From sequence record LC819008.1: a stretch of 64,000 nucleotides of DNA. One strand, 5' to 3'. Below the pieces are notes generated by a model, which saw only the letters and a list, made by a program, of their open reading frames with translations, was not told the origin of the DNA and ran no database searches. Numbering within the stretch: the first letter of the stretch is position 1; each line of letters begins with the position of its first letter. Shown here in pieces: positions 1 to 9,512 of the stretch. Made by a program: the position numbers and the translations under genes.

Positions 1-166
1 TCAGACCAGGCAGAGCCAGCATCTGCTCGATCGTCAGGTCACTGTCCTGGATCGTAGCTGTCTGGCCCTGATACTCAAACTGCAGGAATGCTGAATCCTG
101 CAAGATGAGATCGTTCTGTACCTGCTCAAGGGTATAGAACGCATTCATACGCGGCTTTTGGCGCAT
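1..166 (-). CDS. Hypothetical protein, runs off the left edge (MRQKPRMNAFYTLEQ...)
   Basis: ATG at 166 preceded by AGGAGAG RBS; open frame to the window edge. Confidence 0.6.
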   Translation of the reverse strand, partial: MRQKPRMNAFYTLEQVQNDLILQDSAFLQFEYQGQTATIQDSDLTIEQMLALPGL

Positions 167-231
167 GGTGTTACTCTCCTAAAAAGGTTTTAAGCAGAGG
201 GCGGAATTGCCCTCCATTTTGGTCCAGCTGT

Positions 232-720
232 TTACATCCCGTACTTCACGAGGAAGTCGTCGAACTTCGTGTAGAACTCACTGCGAGTCATAACCTCGCC
301 GTGGAACTCACGATTGGCGATCCGTAGTTCTGATTCGACCCGATACGCTTGCAGCATGACTTCAGCAATCATGCATTCAACACGACGTGCGAAGTCCCTG
401 GTATATGGAGCATCGAAGCCGAAGTGACTCAGCACCGCCAGGTAAGCATTGACTTCGATCGAGTCATTGAACCTGTCGTATCTGAAATCGCCATTTTCAG
501 CTTGCCCGATGAAGCGACTCGACATCAGCCACTTGTCGACTGTAACCGTAGCCAGTTTGAACGACTTGCGGTCTTCATTCGATTCCGCGAACGGATTGAA
601 ACGAAGATCGACCATCTCTTTCGTGTAGTGGCTGCGAGGTTCACGCGCATTCATTGTGCGTAGAACTTCACCGTCGTAAACAACGTGGACCACGTACTTC
701 TTATCCATTACAAACTCCAT
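232..720 (-). CDS. Hypothetical protein, 162 aa (start may be M5)
   Basis: ORF track; early-type promoter motif about 45 nt upstream. Confidence 0.7.
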   Translation of the reverse strand: MEFVMDKKYVVHVVYDGEVLRTMNAREPRSHYTKEMVDLRFNPFAESNEDRKSFKLATVTVDKWLMSSRFIGQAENGDFRYDRFNDSIEVNAYLAVLSHFGFDAPYTRDFARRVECMIAEVMLQAYRVESELRIANREFHGEVMTRSEFYTKFDDFLVKYGM

Positions 721-763
721 TGTAAAAGGAAGTTCAAAGCCTTTGATTGGCTTTATCCTTTTC

Positions 764-772
764 GTTATATAT
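764..772 (-). promoter_or_regulatory. Putative early promoter motif ATATATAAC
   Basis: One of seven ATATAT[ACT]A[CT] copies upstream of minus-strand genes; resembles the phiKZ early consensus TATATTAC. Confidence 0.55.
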
Positions 773-798
773 CTTTGAAAAAATCTACAAAGGCAAAT

Positions 799-829
799 GA
801 CGAGGATAGGGCTTTCGCCCTATCCCGTC
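799..829. terminator. Hairpin terminator (9-bp core, GAAA loop on minus strand)
   Basis: ggatagggc-tttc-gccctatcc directly after the stop of 836..2218. Confidence 0.65.
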
Positions 830-835
830 TTTCGT

Positions 836-2218
836 TTAGTCCAATCCTGTCAGACCAGCCTGATTGGGATCATCCGCTTTCACGAAGATCACCATTGCGA
901 CGAATGAACGATAGCCATTTGCCATCAGGCCCTTGCCGTTCATCTTGGTTTGGATATGCGCTTTCAACAACACGCCATTGACTTCTTTCACTTCACCCTG
1001 ATCGAGGAACATGATCTTCACGTTCAGACCAGGCTTGATGATTTCGGGATTAGCGTTTTCCCATTCGAGCGTGTAGAAATGTCCTTGTCCACGAGCCAAA
1101 CGAGAAGTCGCCAGATACGGATTTGCCGTAATCCCTTCAGGCGAGAGTCGAACATTGTTCTTTCCGTTAGGAGCTTGCTCACCAACGAATTCACTGTTGT
1201 TCTGACTACGTCTAGCCAGCGCAGTATTGTTGCCGCCCTTGGAGAAGCCTTGGACGATCTGGTTAGCATCTGCGAACATGACGCCATTACCAGCATTGTC
1301 CTGAATCTGACTCTTGTCAGATTCGATCTTCTTGTTACCCGTCGACAGGATGGTCGTGATGCCATTTTGCGTAAGGTAAGTCTTCTCAACCTGAGGAAAG
1401 CGCTTGGCAGGAACTGAGATGATGATCAGCTTTTCCTTTGCCTCATCAAAGCCTGCCGTGTCATACGGCGGATACACGTACCAGATACGCTCATGAACAA
1501 ACTGAGCCATACCGGTCGGAAAGATACCGCCGCACTTGGTTTGAACGTAATCTGCCAGATCCGAGAGCATGACGCCGTGATCGATTACGACCTGGCTTTG
1601 CTTATCGGTAGCTGCTGACGGGTGCATGTTCACGCCCAGGAGCTTATTGTCGTCATCGACTTCCAGCTGACCGCAGTTCATCGTGATCAGGTGCTTGACG
1701 AGATCTGCATTGGTCGTGTTGGTAAAGTTACCACCCACACTCACTTTACTGATGTCGTCGAGCAACTTGGGTTTTAGCTGAATATCGACTTCAACGAAGT
1801 CAAGCAGGTTCTGAACCTCTCGACTCAAATTCTCGTTGTTGTTATCTTCCGACATGAAGGGACGAGCCTTCGGATCGATAGACACATTAAACGTTTCGAC
1901 AGTCACCGATCCAGCAGCATCGGATTTGTCGTAACTGGTAGGATTGAGTAATTCTGTTTTCAGAATGAACTCAAGATTACCCTTGGCCGGATAAACGAAA
2001 GCCGTGTAGTCACCCAACATCATGACCACACGAATCATCTTCACCGCACCATAGTTCAGTTCGTAGTCGGCATGTTCGTCGATGTCCGTAATCTTGATCA
2101 CGTCATACGTCTGCGTGCCAACCTTGAACTGTCCCGTATAGCTGTAGAAGTTAGGCTGGAAGCTGGAATTCAATACCCGCTGGATATCAAAGTCCAATGG
2201 AGAGCTGTCGATGTTCAT
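836..2218 (-). CDS. Conserved virion structural protein, tail/baseplate hub candidate (phiKZ gp101 position)
   Basis: 460 aa; last gene of a coupled four-gene operon; assignment by synteny only. Confidence 0.55.
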   Translation of the reverse strand: MNIDSSPLDFDIQRVLNSSFQPNFYSYTGQFKVGTQTYDVIKITDIDEHADYELNYGAVKMIRVVMMLGDYTAFVYPAKGNLEFILKTELLNPTSYDKSDAAGSVTVETFNVSIDPKARPFMSEDNNNENLSREVQNLLDFVEVDIQLKPKLLDDISKVSVGGNFTNTTNADLVKHLITMNCGQLEVDDDNKLLGVNMHPSAATDKQSQVVIDHGVMLSDLADYVQTKCGGIFPTGMAQFVHERIWYVYPPYDTAGFDEAKEKLIIISVPAKRFPQVEKTYLTQNGITTILSTGNKKIESDKSQIQDNAGNGVMFADANQIVQGFSKGGNNTALARRSQNNSEFVGEQAPNGKNNVRLSPEGITANPYLATSRLARGQGHFYTLEWENANPEIIKPGLNVKIMFLDQGEVKEVNGVLLKAHIQTKMNGKGLMANGYRSFVAMVIFVKADDPNQAGLTGLD

Positions 2219-2919
2219 TGAATGCGCCCGTGAATACCTGAACGATCCATGTAAGACAGGAAGATGTCACGCATGGATGGACGCTCCGGCAACTTCTTCT
2301 CTTCCACATTTTCCGGCTTGGGCTGATCGGTAACCGGTACTGTCGAGTACTTGTTGCGAACAGTGTACTGATCCTGCTTTGCCTTGCCTCGATCCCTGAC
2401 GCGTTTGTCGACTGCATCGAACATTGCGTTGAGGTTGACGATTTCTCTTTGAAGACCTTCCGGAATGAACGTGCGAGCAAACTCTTCGCCATACTCGTGA
2501 CCAGCATACTGATACACGGCTTCAGCGAATTCGTCGATCTGCACGAGATCTTCAAACGGCACATTGTGGTTGAACACAGTCGACTGGATGCGTTTAGCCC
2601 AATCGAAAGTATAGTCCTGGCAGATCTCGTAGATCGCTTTCGTATCGTCACGCTTAACGATACTGACCATTGTGTGTTCGTGATAGTACTCCACCATCTG
2701 AGCGATGGGGATGTACACGGGAGCCTGCTGCTTCATGAGCTCCCGGTCTACGTTTTGATTACCCGATGTGTGCAGGCCGTAGCGTTCAAGGTACGCCGTA
2801 CCAAAACGAGCAATACGAGGTACCTTGCACAACCAGACCCGCCCCCACAACGGATACCGAGGATCATCGAAAGGGATGCTACTCGGGTTAGGTGCGGGGC
2901 GTTTCTTTTGTTCCGTCAT
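2215..2919 (-). CDS. Conserved hypothetical protein (phiKZ gp100 position)
   Basis: 234 aa; 4-nt overlaps with both neighbours indicate translational coupling. Confidence 0.6.
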   Translation of the reverse strand: MTEQKKRPAPNPSSIPFDDPRYPLWGRVWLCKVPRIARFGTAYLERYGLHTSGNQNVDRELMKQQAPVYIPIAQMVEYYHEHTMVSIVKRDDTKAIYEICQDYTFDWAKRIQSTVFNHNVPFEDLVQIDEFAEAVYQYAGHEYGEEFARTFIPEGLQREIVNLNAMFDAVDKRVRDRGKAKQDQYTVRNKYSTVPVTDQPKPENVEEKKLPERPSMRDIFLSYMDRSGIHGRIQ

Positions 2920-4265
2920 AGCCTTCTGAGGTTGTACTTGATCAGCAACAGGAGAAGCGGAATGTAGTAGAACCGTTCCACATGTCCCCAGTTGAGAATG
3001 TCGTCACACACTTTCAGAATATCGCCAGCGGCGATAATTTTAAAGTCGATGTAATCCAGCAGCAAACTTTCGAGCAACGACAGATTCGTGTTGTCACGCG
3101 TATAGAAGGCGCTGGAGAGGACGTAGCCGTTGTCCATGTCGATGGGCTTGATGATGGGCATCGGAGCGATGGAGCCATCCGTAGGCGGCGTGGGAGGCAC
3201 GTACGCAGGCATTGTCGACTTGATGTTGACCGGAAGCAGAGGTTTCTGGATTTCCTTGGCCATCATGAAGTCAACGTTCGTCTTCGGATCGACCGGATAC
3301 ACGACTTGAGCAATGCCCGAGTAGCGCATCGAAGCGAGAAGTGCTGAACGATGGAAATTCACCCGTGACGTCACGCCGGTCTTCGTGTAGATGAAGTTCA
3401 TCAACTTCGGATCGCGATTGGAGAGCATCGTCCACAGACTCATGGACGAAATCGCGCCATCGTCACCGATGTTCAATTCACGAATCGACTGGATATGAAC
3501 ATCGTCGAACGAGTTCATGATCGACTTGACGAAATCGACCAACCCATGATCGTAAGTCGGCACGTCTTGCATCGGCACGACAATCGTCATGTACTCGCGA
3601 CTGAAGTACTGGTTGAAGTACAGCTGGATGTAGTCGTACCAGTAGCCAGCCAGCTTCTTGCTGTTCTGATAGTCGTCCTCAACGAGCAAGGGATTCTGCA
3701 GGTTCAGCAGGAAGTCCTTGACGAAGTAGTACGTGACGATAGTCTTCTGATCCAGGTCGAAGATACGAGTCTGATCATTGATCGCAATCAGCTGATATTC
3801 GATCTGGTGGGCATGGTCCACGAAGATCTGCATCGCCTGCACTTTCGTGACCTTGAAGATACCTTCACGACCATCAGCAATGCCGGCGCGGAACATGTCA
3901 CCTTCCTGAGGCACCAGGAAAGGATAGACGTTCGCCATACCCTGCATCGTCATTTCATTGGTTTGCGGATCTTGAGAAACCTGCGTCAAGTCCTGAGTCA
4001 CTTTCAGTTCCATCGACCAGATGCGACGGTACTGTTGGAGAACAGCAGGCAAGGACGTATCCTGGCCTTTGATCTCACTATTCTTGTCGAGGATCTGTGA
4101 GTAGTAATCCACCACCCACGGCGAGCCTTCGATATACGCAAGCAGATCGCTCTGAGGCGTATATTCGGTATCGATGACAGCGGTCTTCACACCCGGCTTG
4201 AAAGGACGGACAATGTCCTGCCTGGGCTGAGTGGGAGCGTTGTCGAGATCTGTCCAAAGCGGCAT
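2916..4265 (-). CDS. Virion structural protein, neck/connector candidate (phiKZ gp99 position)
   Basis: 449 aa; synteny in the late block. Confidence 0.55.
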   Translation of the reverse strand: MPLWTDLDNAPTQPRQDIVRPFKPGVKTAVIDTEYTPQSDLLAYIEGSPWVVDYYSQILDKNSEIKGQDTSLPAVLQQYRRIWSMELKVTQDLTQVSQDPQTNEMTMQGMANVYPFLVPQEGDMFRAGIADGREGIFKVTKVQAMQIFVDHAHQIEYQLIAINDQTRIFDLDQKTIVTYYFVKDFLLNLQNPLLVEDDYQNSKKLAGYWYDYIQLYFNQYFSREYMTIVVPMQDVPTYDHGLVDFVKSIMNSFDDVHIQSIRELNIGDDGAISSMSLWTMLSNRDPKLMNFIYTKTGVTSRVNFHRSALLASMRYSGIAQVVYPVDPKTNVDFMMAKEIQKPLLPVNIKSTMPAYVPPTPPTDGSIAPMPIIKPIDMDNGYVLSSAFYTRDNTNLSLLESLLLDYIDFKIIAAGDILKVCDDILNWGHVERFYYIPLLLLLIKYNLRRL

Positions 4266-4274
4266 TGCGTCCTC

Positions 4275-5840
4275 TTATTTCTTCGATTGAAACACGCCAT
4301 TGACGGTACTGAACTGTACGGTCTTCATGGCACGATTGATGGTTCGGCCTTTGAGGCATTCAGCGAATGCATCGTAGGTACGCGGCGTCAAGCCGTTAGC
4401 GATGATGTTATCGCACGGACGATAGTTACCGGCAGTCGTCGGTGCAATGTACTGAACGATCTGATCGAACGCACAGCGGGCATTGCGAAGACGAGCTTTC
4501 GCATCTTCCGTGATGTAGGTCAGGTCAGTGGTCACCGAAATACGCAGATGCCAGACCTTACGCTTATTGAGAGGCTGAGTCGAATAGATGTTCAGATTCT
4601 CATCCATGCGAATCCAGGTAGGATCTACCAGCAGTCGACCCATGTAAAGGGCCACGTTCACGGCAGACTGACGAGGCTTTGTCACGTACTGGGCTTCCGA
4701 TGCCATGAATTGCTTCATGCAGTCACTGAACTGGAAACCATACGAATCCGCTTCGAGATCCGTCAGGTTCATGAGCAGGTTCGGATCCATTCCCGCCGCC
4801 ACCTGATCGTCAGTCGGCAACAGAACGAGAGTCGTGACCATGCGCATCGTTCTCTCAGGAACATTGCGAGGCATAAACTCATCGAAGGTCGGGAAGTAAC
4901 GACCCGGGAAATCCTGATAGACAGGATTCACGTTCTGCATCGACTCGAACGATTTCAGGTGCGCCATCGACCAGCTACGCGATTGCTGGTGATCTTGCAA
5001 ACGCTGAAAGCCTGTTTCGTTTCGGAACTTCTTGCTCAGGATCTGATTGTGAATCGAGATCGGATACATGAAGTGAATGTCCTTCGGCTTCTCGTAACGC
5101 AGCACGTAAGGAATTTCCACTTCCCACACATCCGTCTCATCTTTACGCTGACCGAAGTCAGGCTCAGAGCCGATGTCAAAGAAGCCAAGACAACGCATCT
5201 GGGTTTCCTTGAAGACACCCAATGTGTTCTTTCCTGCCTGATCCGTCAATAGACCATAGCGGGGATTGACCCATTTCTGGAAGAACGTGTCAAAGTCCTC
5301 ACCATAGCCTGCTACAGCTTCCTGGAGGCGATGGATCTCTCTGAGGATGACCATGTAGGACTCCGGCATCGCAAACGAATACTGAAGCGTATGGAGCCAC
5401 GTATCCTCACGATTGGGGATCTTCATGATCATGTAATCGTACCAGCGACGAGCATCCGTCTTGTTCTTGGCACGATAGTGGATCGTGAACTTCATTTCCA
5501 CCGATGCATAAATCGGACGCATCTCGATTTCGAGGTCACGATTCAGAAAGAGCGGAATTTGTTCAGGTTGTTTGGTCACCATTGCAGGCAGCCAATCATT
5601 GACATAGTTCTCCGTGATTTCGATGAAGATCTTGTCAGTCGTCGGCAGGCGAATGGTTTCGTATTTGTTCGAGATGTAGCCATGAGGCTGAGCGACCGTA
5701 TCCGCATAACCCGGATAGTTGATATTCATGTCTGCAGGCAGACCGAGTCGATCGATCAGAATTTCCTGGACCGTGGCTACAGCGATGGCACGACTCACCG
5801 ACTGATCGGATTCCAGGATAGGTCTTTGAATCTTGGGCAT
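4275..5840 (-). CDS. Virion structural protein, neck/tail-completion candidate (phiKZ gp98 position)
   Basis: 521 aa; synteny in the late block. Confidence 0.55.
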   Translation of the reverse strand: MPKIQRPILESDQSVSRAIAVATVQEILIDRLGLPADMNINYPGYADTVAQPHGYISNKYETIRLPTTDKIFIEITENYVNDWLPAMVTKQPEQIPLFLNRDLEIEMRPIYASVEMKFTIHYRAKNKTDARRWYDYMIMKIPNREDTWLHTLQYSFAMPESYMVILREIHRLQEAVAGYGEDFDTFFQKWVNPRYGLLTDQAGKNTLGVFKETQMRCLGFFDIGSEPDFGQRKDETDVWEVEIPYVLRYEKPKDIHFMYPISIHNQILSKKFRNETGFQRLQDHQQSRSWSMAHLKSFESMQNVNPVYQDFPGRYFPTFDEFMPRNVPERTMRMVTTLVLLPTDDQVAAGMDPNLLMNLTDLEADSYGFQFSDCMKQFMASEAQYVTKPRQSAVNVALYMGRLLVDPTWIRMDENLNIYSTQPLNKRKVWHLRISVTTDLTYITEDAKARLRNARCAFDQIVQYIAPTTAGNYRPCDNIIANGLTPRTYDAFAECLKGRTINRAMKTVQFSTVNGVFQSKK

Positions 5841-5874
5841 AAGTTGTCCAGTGTTGGTTCTATGTCAAAAGATG

Positions 5875-6291
5875 TCACTCGTTTCGCTGCATGTATTCAG
5901 GCAGATCGGGAAACGGCAAGATCTTTCCTTTCAATTCGTGCGAACAGTCGCCCAGGAAATACACTTCTCCCGGTTTAGCTCCGTTGCAACCTACCCAGGT
6001 ATGGCACTGCTGACATTCGAAGTCACGCTCGTCTTCAGGATGCTTCTCATTAAACGTACACCAGCAATCATCCCCAGGTTTGTGGGAATCCATGTAATGT
6101 CCAGAACGAGTCAGGACGCTCGGACCGAAGACGGGTTTGTTCACGTCTCCATTCCACGTCCAGTTCTGACCCGGAGGACCACCTTGAGTCGTGATCTGGT
6201 GACAAGTCTGACAACCCTGACACCAATAGGTCAAACCACTACGACCGCGATTGTCGGACCAGCTACGAAGTTTTGAAGACAGAAGTCCCAT
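5875..6291 (-). CDS. Cys/His-rich putative Zn-binding protein, DUF6527-like
   Basis: YWCQGCQTCH, WTWNGDVNKPVFGPSVL, CHTWV and FLGDCSHEL pattern; start MGLLSS at 6291 after a GAGAA RBS. Confidence 0.6.
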   Translation of the reverse strand: MGLLSSKLRSWSDNRGRSGLTYWCQGCQTCHQITTQGGPPGQNWTWNGDVNKPVFGPSVLTRSGHYMDSHKPGDDCWCTFNEKHPEDERDFECQQCHTWVGCNGAKPGEVYFLGDCSHELKGKILPFPDLPEYMQRNE

Positions 6292-6326
6292 GATGTTCTC
6301 AATAAAGATTAACCAAAGGATCAACA

Positions 6327-6354
6327 CTACCAGTAGCCTTTCGGCTACTGGTAG
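6327..6354. terminator. Hairpin terminator, 12-bp perfect stem
   Basis: ctaccagtagcc-tttc-ggctactggtag. Confidence 0.7.
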
Positions 6355-6366
6355 AGGATCTGCTGT

Positions 6367-6645
6367 TTAGTCGTCGTGACCACGAGTACGTTCGCGGAAG
6401 GAACTGTGTCCCGTCATGCGGGCTTTCAGATCCTTGTTGCTGCTGCTGCCCGTACCGTAAGCATCGTTGATGGTCCTGACTGCACGTACGGCCGCATGGC
6501 CGACGTTCTTGGCCGAACCCACCACTGCTTCCTTGACGTCATGCGCGGCGTTCTTCACGCCTTGCTTGGCGTTTTCCTTGGTGTCCTGCCACGAGCTCAA
6601 GGAAACCTGGCTCTTGCGCGGTTTGTCGATCTGGTAGAAGCCCAT
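6367..6645 (-). CDS. Small hypothetical protein, 92 aa
   Basis: Starts 2 nt after the upstream stop; codon usage like its neighbours. Confidence 0.6.
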   Translation of the reverse strand: MGFYQIDKPRKSQVSLSSWQDTKENAKQGVKNAAHDVKEAVVGSAKNVGHAAVRAVRTINDAYGTGSSSNKDLKARMTGHSSFRERTRGHDD

Positions 6646-6647
6646 GA

Positions 6648-7958
6648 TCAGTGCCCATCCTTCTTCAAGTCAACGTGGTTGCCGCTACGGTTGTTGAAAG
6701 CCAACACGTATTGGGCAAGATTGATGAACGAGTTCACCACCCCATCTACCAGGCCGTAATACATCAGAGCAGGCTGGTCCATCGTCTTCTGGAAGAACTT
6801 CAGATCGTAAAGCATGATGTCACGGTCGTTCTTCTTCTCTTTGGTGGAGAAGAGGTTTGCGCCGATCTTCTTGATCTTGGCTTCCATGCCCTTGATGAAT
6901 GCTTCCTTGTCAACCTGATACTGCTTGACCTTATCTGCGCACGCTTTCAGCTGCGAGTTCAGATACTGGATGTTTTCGATGAGTTTGTCGGGATTGGCGA
7001 AATCGCCTTCGAGCACAGCGTACTTGTTCAAGTTGATGATGCCTTCGACTTTCGTCTTCTGGATCTTCAGGCCGTCGACCCAACGCAAGTTCTGCTTCAT
7101 CACGTCATCGCTCTTCGCATCGTACTTCGGAGGCGGGAGCATCTGAACAGTCACGAAGGTGTTGTCGCCGAATTCTTCCGACGCATACACCTTGAGTTCA
7201 CCATTCTTGCCGCGAGCAGCGGTGAGAACTTTACCCTCACGGGTTTCCTCGAAAGGAACCGGCATCGAGTCGTCAGTCGGTTTATCGCCAAGCATGCTTT
7301 CTTTGGCCTTGCGGTTCATCTCATGCTGGGCACCAAACACCTTCAGCATTTCAGAACCGATCTTGCCGAGGTACGGACCATCCATGATGCCGTGGGTGGT
7401 CACGATATGCTTGAGGATCTCCGGCTTGGACAAATCGCACTTGGTGTAAAAGCCATTGGAGCCAATCGGATACGGACCATCTTTCTTCTGCTCGTCGGTC
7501 TTTTTCTCGTTAGCAGCTTTGACTTCTTCAGCTTTGTGCTTCAGATCCGCGGTCTTTTCTTCGTGGTCCTTGTTGCGCGTGAAGATACGCTTAATCAGGC
7601 CCCACACCCACTGGAACGCTTTCTTGATCGCATTGATGATCGACATGAAAACGTTCTTGATCCCTTCACCGAATCCTTCGAGAGCGGCATGACTGATGTC
7701 GTGCGTCTTGAAGGACTGCAAGTCGGGAATCACTTTGTTCGGTTCGCCGCCAATGCGACCCAGACGCAGGAAGCATTCAACGGAGTGCTGGACGAGTTTG
7801 TACGCTGTCTCATCGAGTCCCTTATCGCCGTCGGTCATCAGTTCCTGGGTATACGTGAGACTTTCCAGAGTCTGAATAGCCGTTTCGACTTTCTCGTTAT
7901 CGTGAGCATAAGCCTGGAGGTCCAGATCCAAGCTGTCGCTATAGGTGAGTGAGCTCAT
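6648..7958 (-). CDS. Inner-head/ejection protein paralogue (phiKZ gp93-97-like family)
   Basis: Acidic propeptide, AALE^GF site, then amphipathic helix IINAIKKAFQWVWGLIKRIF; AAGGA RBS. Confidence 0.7.
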   Translation of the reverse strand: MSSLTYSDSLDLDLQAYAHDNEKVETAIQTLESLTYTQELMTDGDKGLDETAYKLVQHSVECFLRLGRIGGEPNKVIPDLQSFKTHDISHAALEGFGEGIKNVFMSIINAIKKAFQWVWGLIKRIFTRNKDHEEKTADLKHKAEEVKAANEKKTDEQKKDGPYPIGSNGFYTKCDLSKPEILKHIVTTHGIMDGPYLGKIGSEMLKVFGAQHEMNRKAKESMLGDKPTDDSMPVPFEETREGKVLTAARGKNGELKVYASEEFGDNTFVTVQMLPPPKYDAKSDDVMKQNLRWVDGLKIQKTKVEGIINLNKYAVLEGDFANPDKLIENIQYLNSQLKACADKVKQYQVDKEAFIKGMEAKIKKIGANLFSTKEKKNDRDIMLYDLKFFQKTMDQPALMYYGLVDGVVNSFINLAQYVLAFNNRSGNHVDLKKDGH

Positions 7959-7985
7959 CGGATTCCTTAATTAGACGTCATAAGA

Positions 7986-8019
7986 GAATACTCAGGAGCC
8001 CGAAGGCTCCTGAGTATTC
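7986..8019. terminator. Hairpin terminator, 15-bp perfect stem, UUCG loop on minus strand
   Basis: gaatactcaggagcc-cgaa-ggctcctgagtattc. Confidence 0.75.
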
Positions 8020-8063
8020 CCAGTGACAACTAACCGAAGTCAGTTACCGGCACGAAACGAGGA

Positions 8064-9380
8064 TTACTCCTTGTTTTCGTACTGGCGTGCCGACAGTTCA
8101 GCGTACTGCAGCGACGCGCTCATGCCGCGGATCGAGTGCGAAGCGAACGAAGCCGCCGGCTCGTCCATCAGCTTGCGGAACAGCGTTGCCGAAGCCTTCG
8201 CCTTCTTCTCGGCGTCGCCCTTCGAATCGCCGCCTTCGCGCGATTGACCGGCCGCGAACTTTTCGAGCTTCGCGATGAACTTCGCCTTGTTGTTGTTGAT
8301 GTCGGTGAGGTTGCGCTTGTACTCGCTCACTTCACCGGCGAACTTCTCGATCGCTTCCGCGAAGCCGCGGATTTCGTCCGGCGTCAGGACCTTCAGCGTC
8401 TTGCCTTCGTCCTTCTTGTCGGACAGCGAGACCGAGCCGGCCTTGACCTTGTTCGCAGCTTCTTGAGCAGCCTTCACGTCGGCGCCACCTTGTGCCTTCG
8501 GCACTGCGATGTACACGACGGATTCGCCCGGGAAGCGCGAGGTCACGAACACGGCGACGTCGCTTTCAGCCGTCACGCGCTTGGCCGTACCGGCGTCAGC
8601 TTGCTTCAGGCCGTATTCAGCCGGCGACACGCCTTCCGTACGATCGTTCGCGAGGTCCGTTGCCTTGCCGAAGACGTCCGAGAATGCCTTTTGCTGGCTG
8701 AACAGCTTCTTCGCTTCAGCAGCCAGACCTTGCAGGTCGGCGGTCTTGACCGGCTGGCCGTTCACGCGCACGCTGTTGTACAGCGAGTCGTTTTCGAGGT
8801 TCGGCTCGGTAGCCTGGCCCGACAGCTTCGTGGTCGATTCCTTCAGCTTCTGAGCGCGCGATTGCAGACGCTCGGCCGCGCCGAAGATCTTGTTGAAGAA
8901 GTTGCGGACCCACTCGATCGACTTCTTGATCGCGTCGACGATCGATTGCCAGATCTTCTTGGCGGAGATTTCGAGCGCTTCGACCGTGGCCTTGCCCAGT
9001 GCCGCGCGGTTCGTGCGCGTACGGAACGATTCCGACGACGGGATGCCGAGTTGCTTGTACGTCACGCCGATGCGTGCGACCTTGAGCAGCGTTTCGACGG
9101 ACGTTTCGATGATCTCGGCCGTGTTCTCGTCGATGCCTTCGCCTTCGTTCGCTTCCGCGACTTGTTCGGCGATGGTTTCCAGGCCGTCGGCTGCAACAGC
9201 AGCTGCGTCGATCTGGTCGTTGCCCGTGTTGATCGCTGCTTCGTCGGCGTTGATTTCGCTGACGGCCGATGCCAGGGTGTTGGTTTCGTCCGGAGCGATT
9301 GCGTCAGCGCCGGTCATGGTGTCTGCGGCGTCGAAGTTTTCGTTCGAGTGCAGGATGCCGCTTTGCGGAAGGAAAGACAT
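8064..9380 (-). CDS. Major inner-head/ejection protein paralogue (phiKZ gp93-97-like family)
   Basis: Several S/A/G-x-E sites, ATVE/ALE then IVDAIKKSIEWVRNFFNKIF helix; strongly biased codons. Confidence 0.72.
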   Translation of the reverse strand: MSFLPQSGILHSNENFDAADTMTGADAIAPDETNTLASAVSEINADEAAINTGNDQIDAAAVAADGLETIAEQVAEANEGEGIDENTAEIIETSVETLLKVARIGVTYKQLGIPSSESFRTRTNRAALGKATVEALEISAKKIWQSIVDAIKKSIEWVRNFFNKIFGAAERLQSRAQKLKESTTKLSGQATEPNLENDSLYNSVRVNGQPVKTADLQGLAAEAKKLFSQQKAFSDVFGKATDLANDRTEGVSPAEYGLKQADAGTAKRVTAESDVAVFVTSRFPGESVVYIAVPKAQGGADVKAAQEAANKVKAGSVSLSDKKDEGKTLKVLTPDEIRGFAEAIEKFAGEVSEYKRNLTDINNNKAKFIAKLEKFAAGQSREGGDSKGDAEKKAKASATLFRKLMDEPAASFASHSIRGMSASLQYAELSARQYENKE

Positions 9381-9512
9381 GTTGGATTACTCCATTGCAA
9401 TGAAGGTTACTAAGAGGCCCTTAGTTTAAAACACCTACTCTCGTAGGATCCTGAAAAACGTGCATTCTAAACTATATGCCTAAAATACACGTTTTAGTTT
9501 CTCACCAAACAA

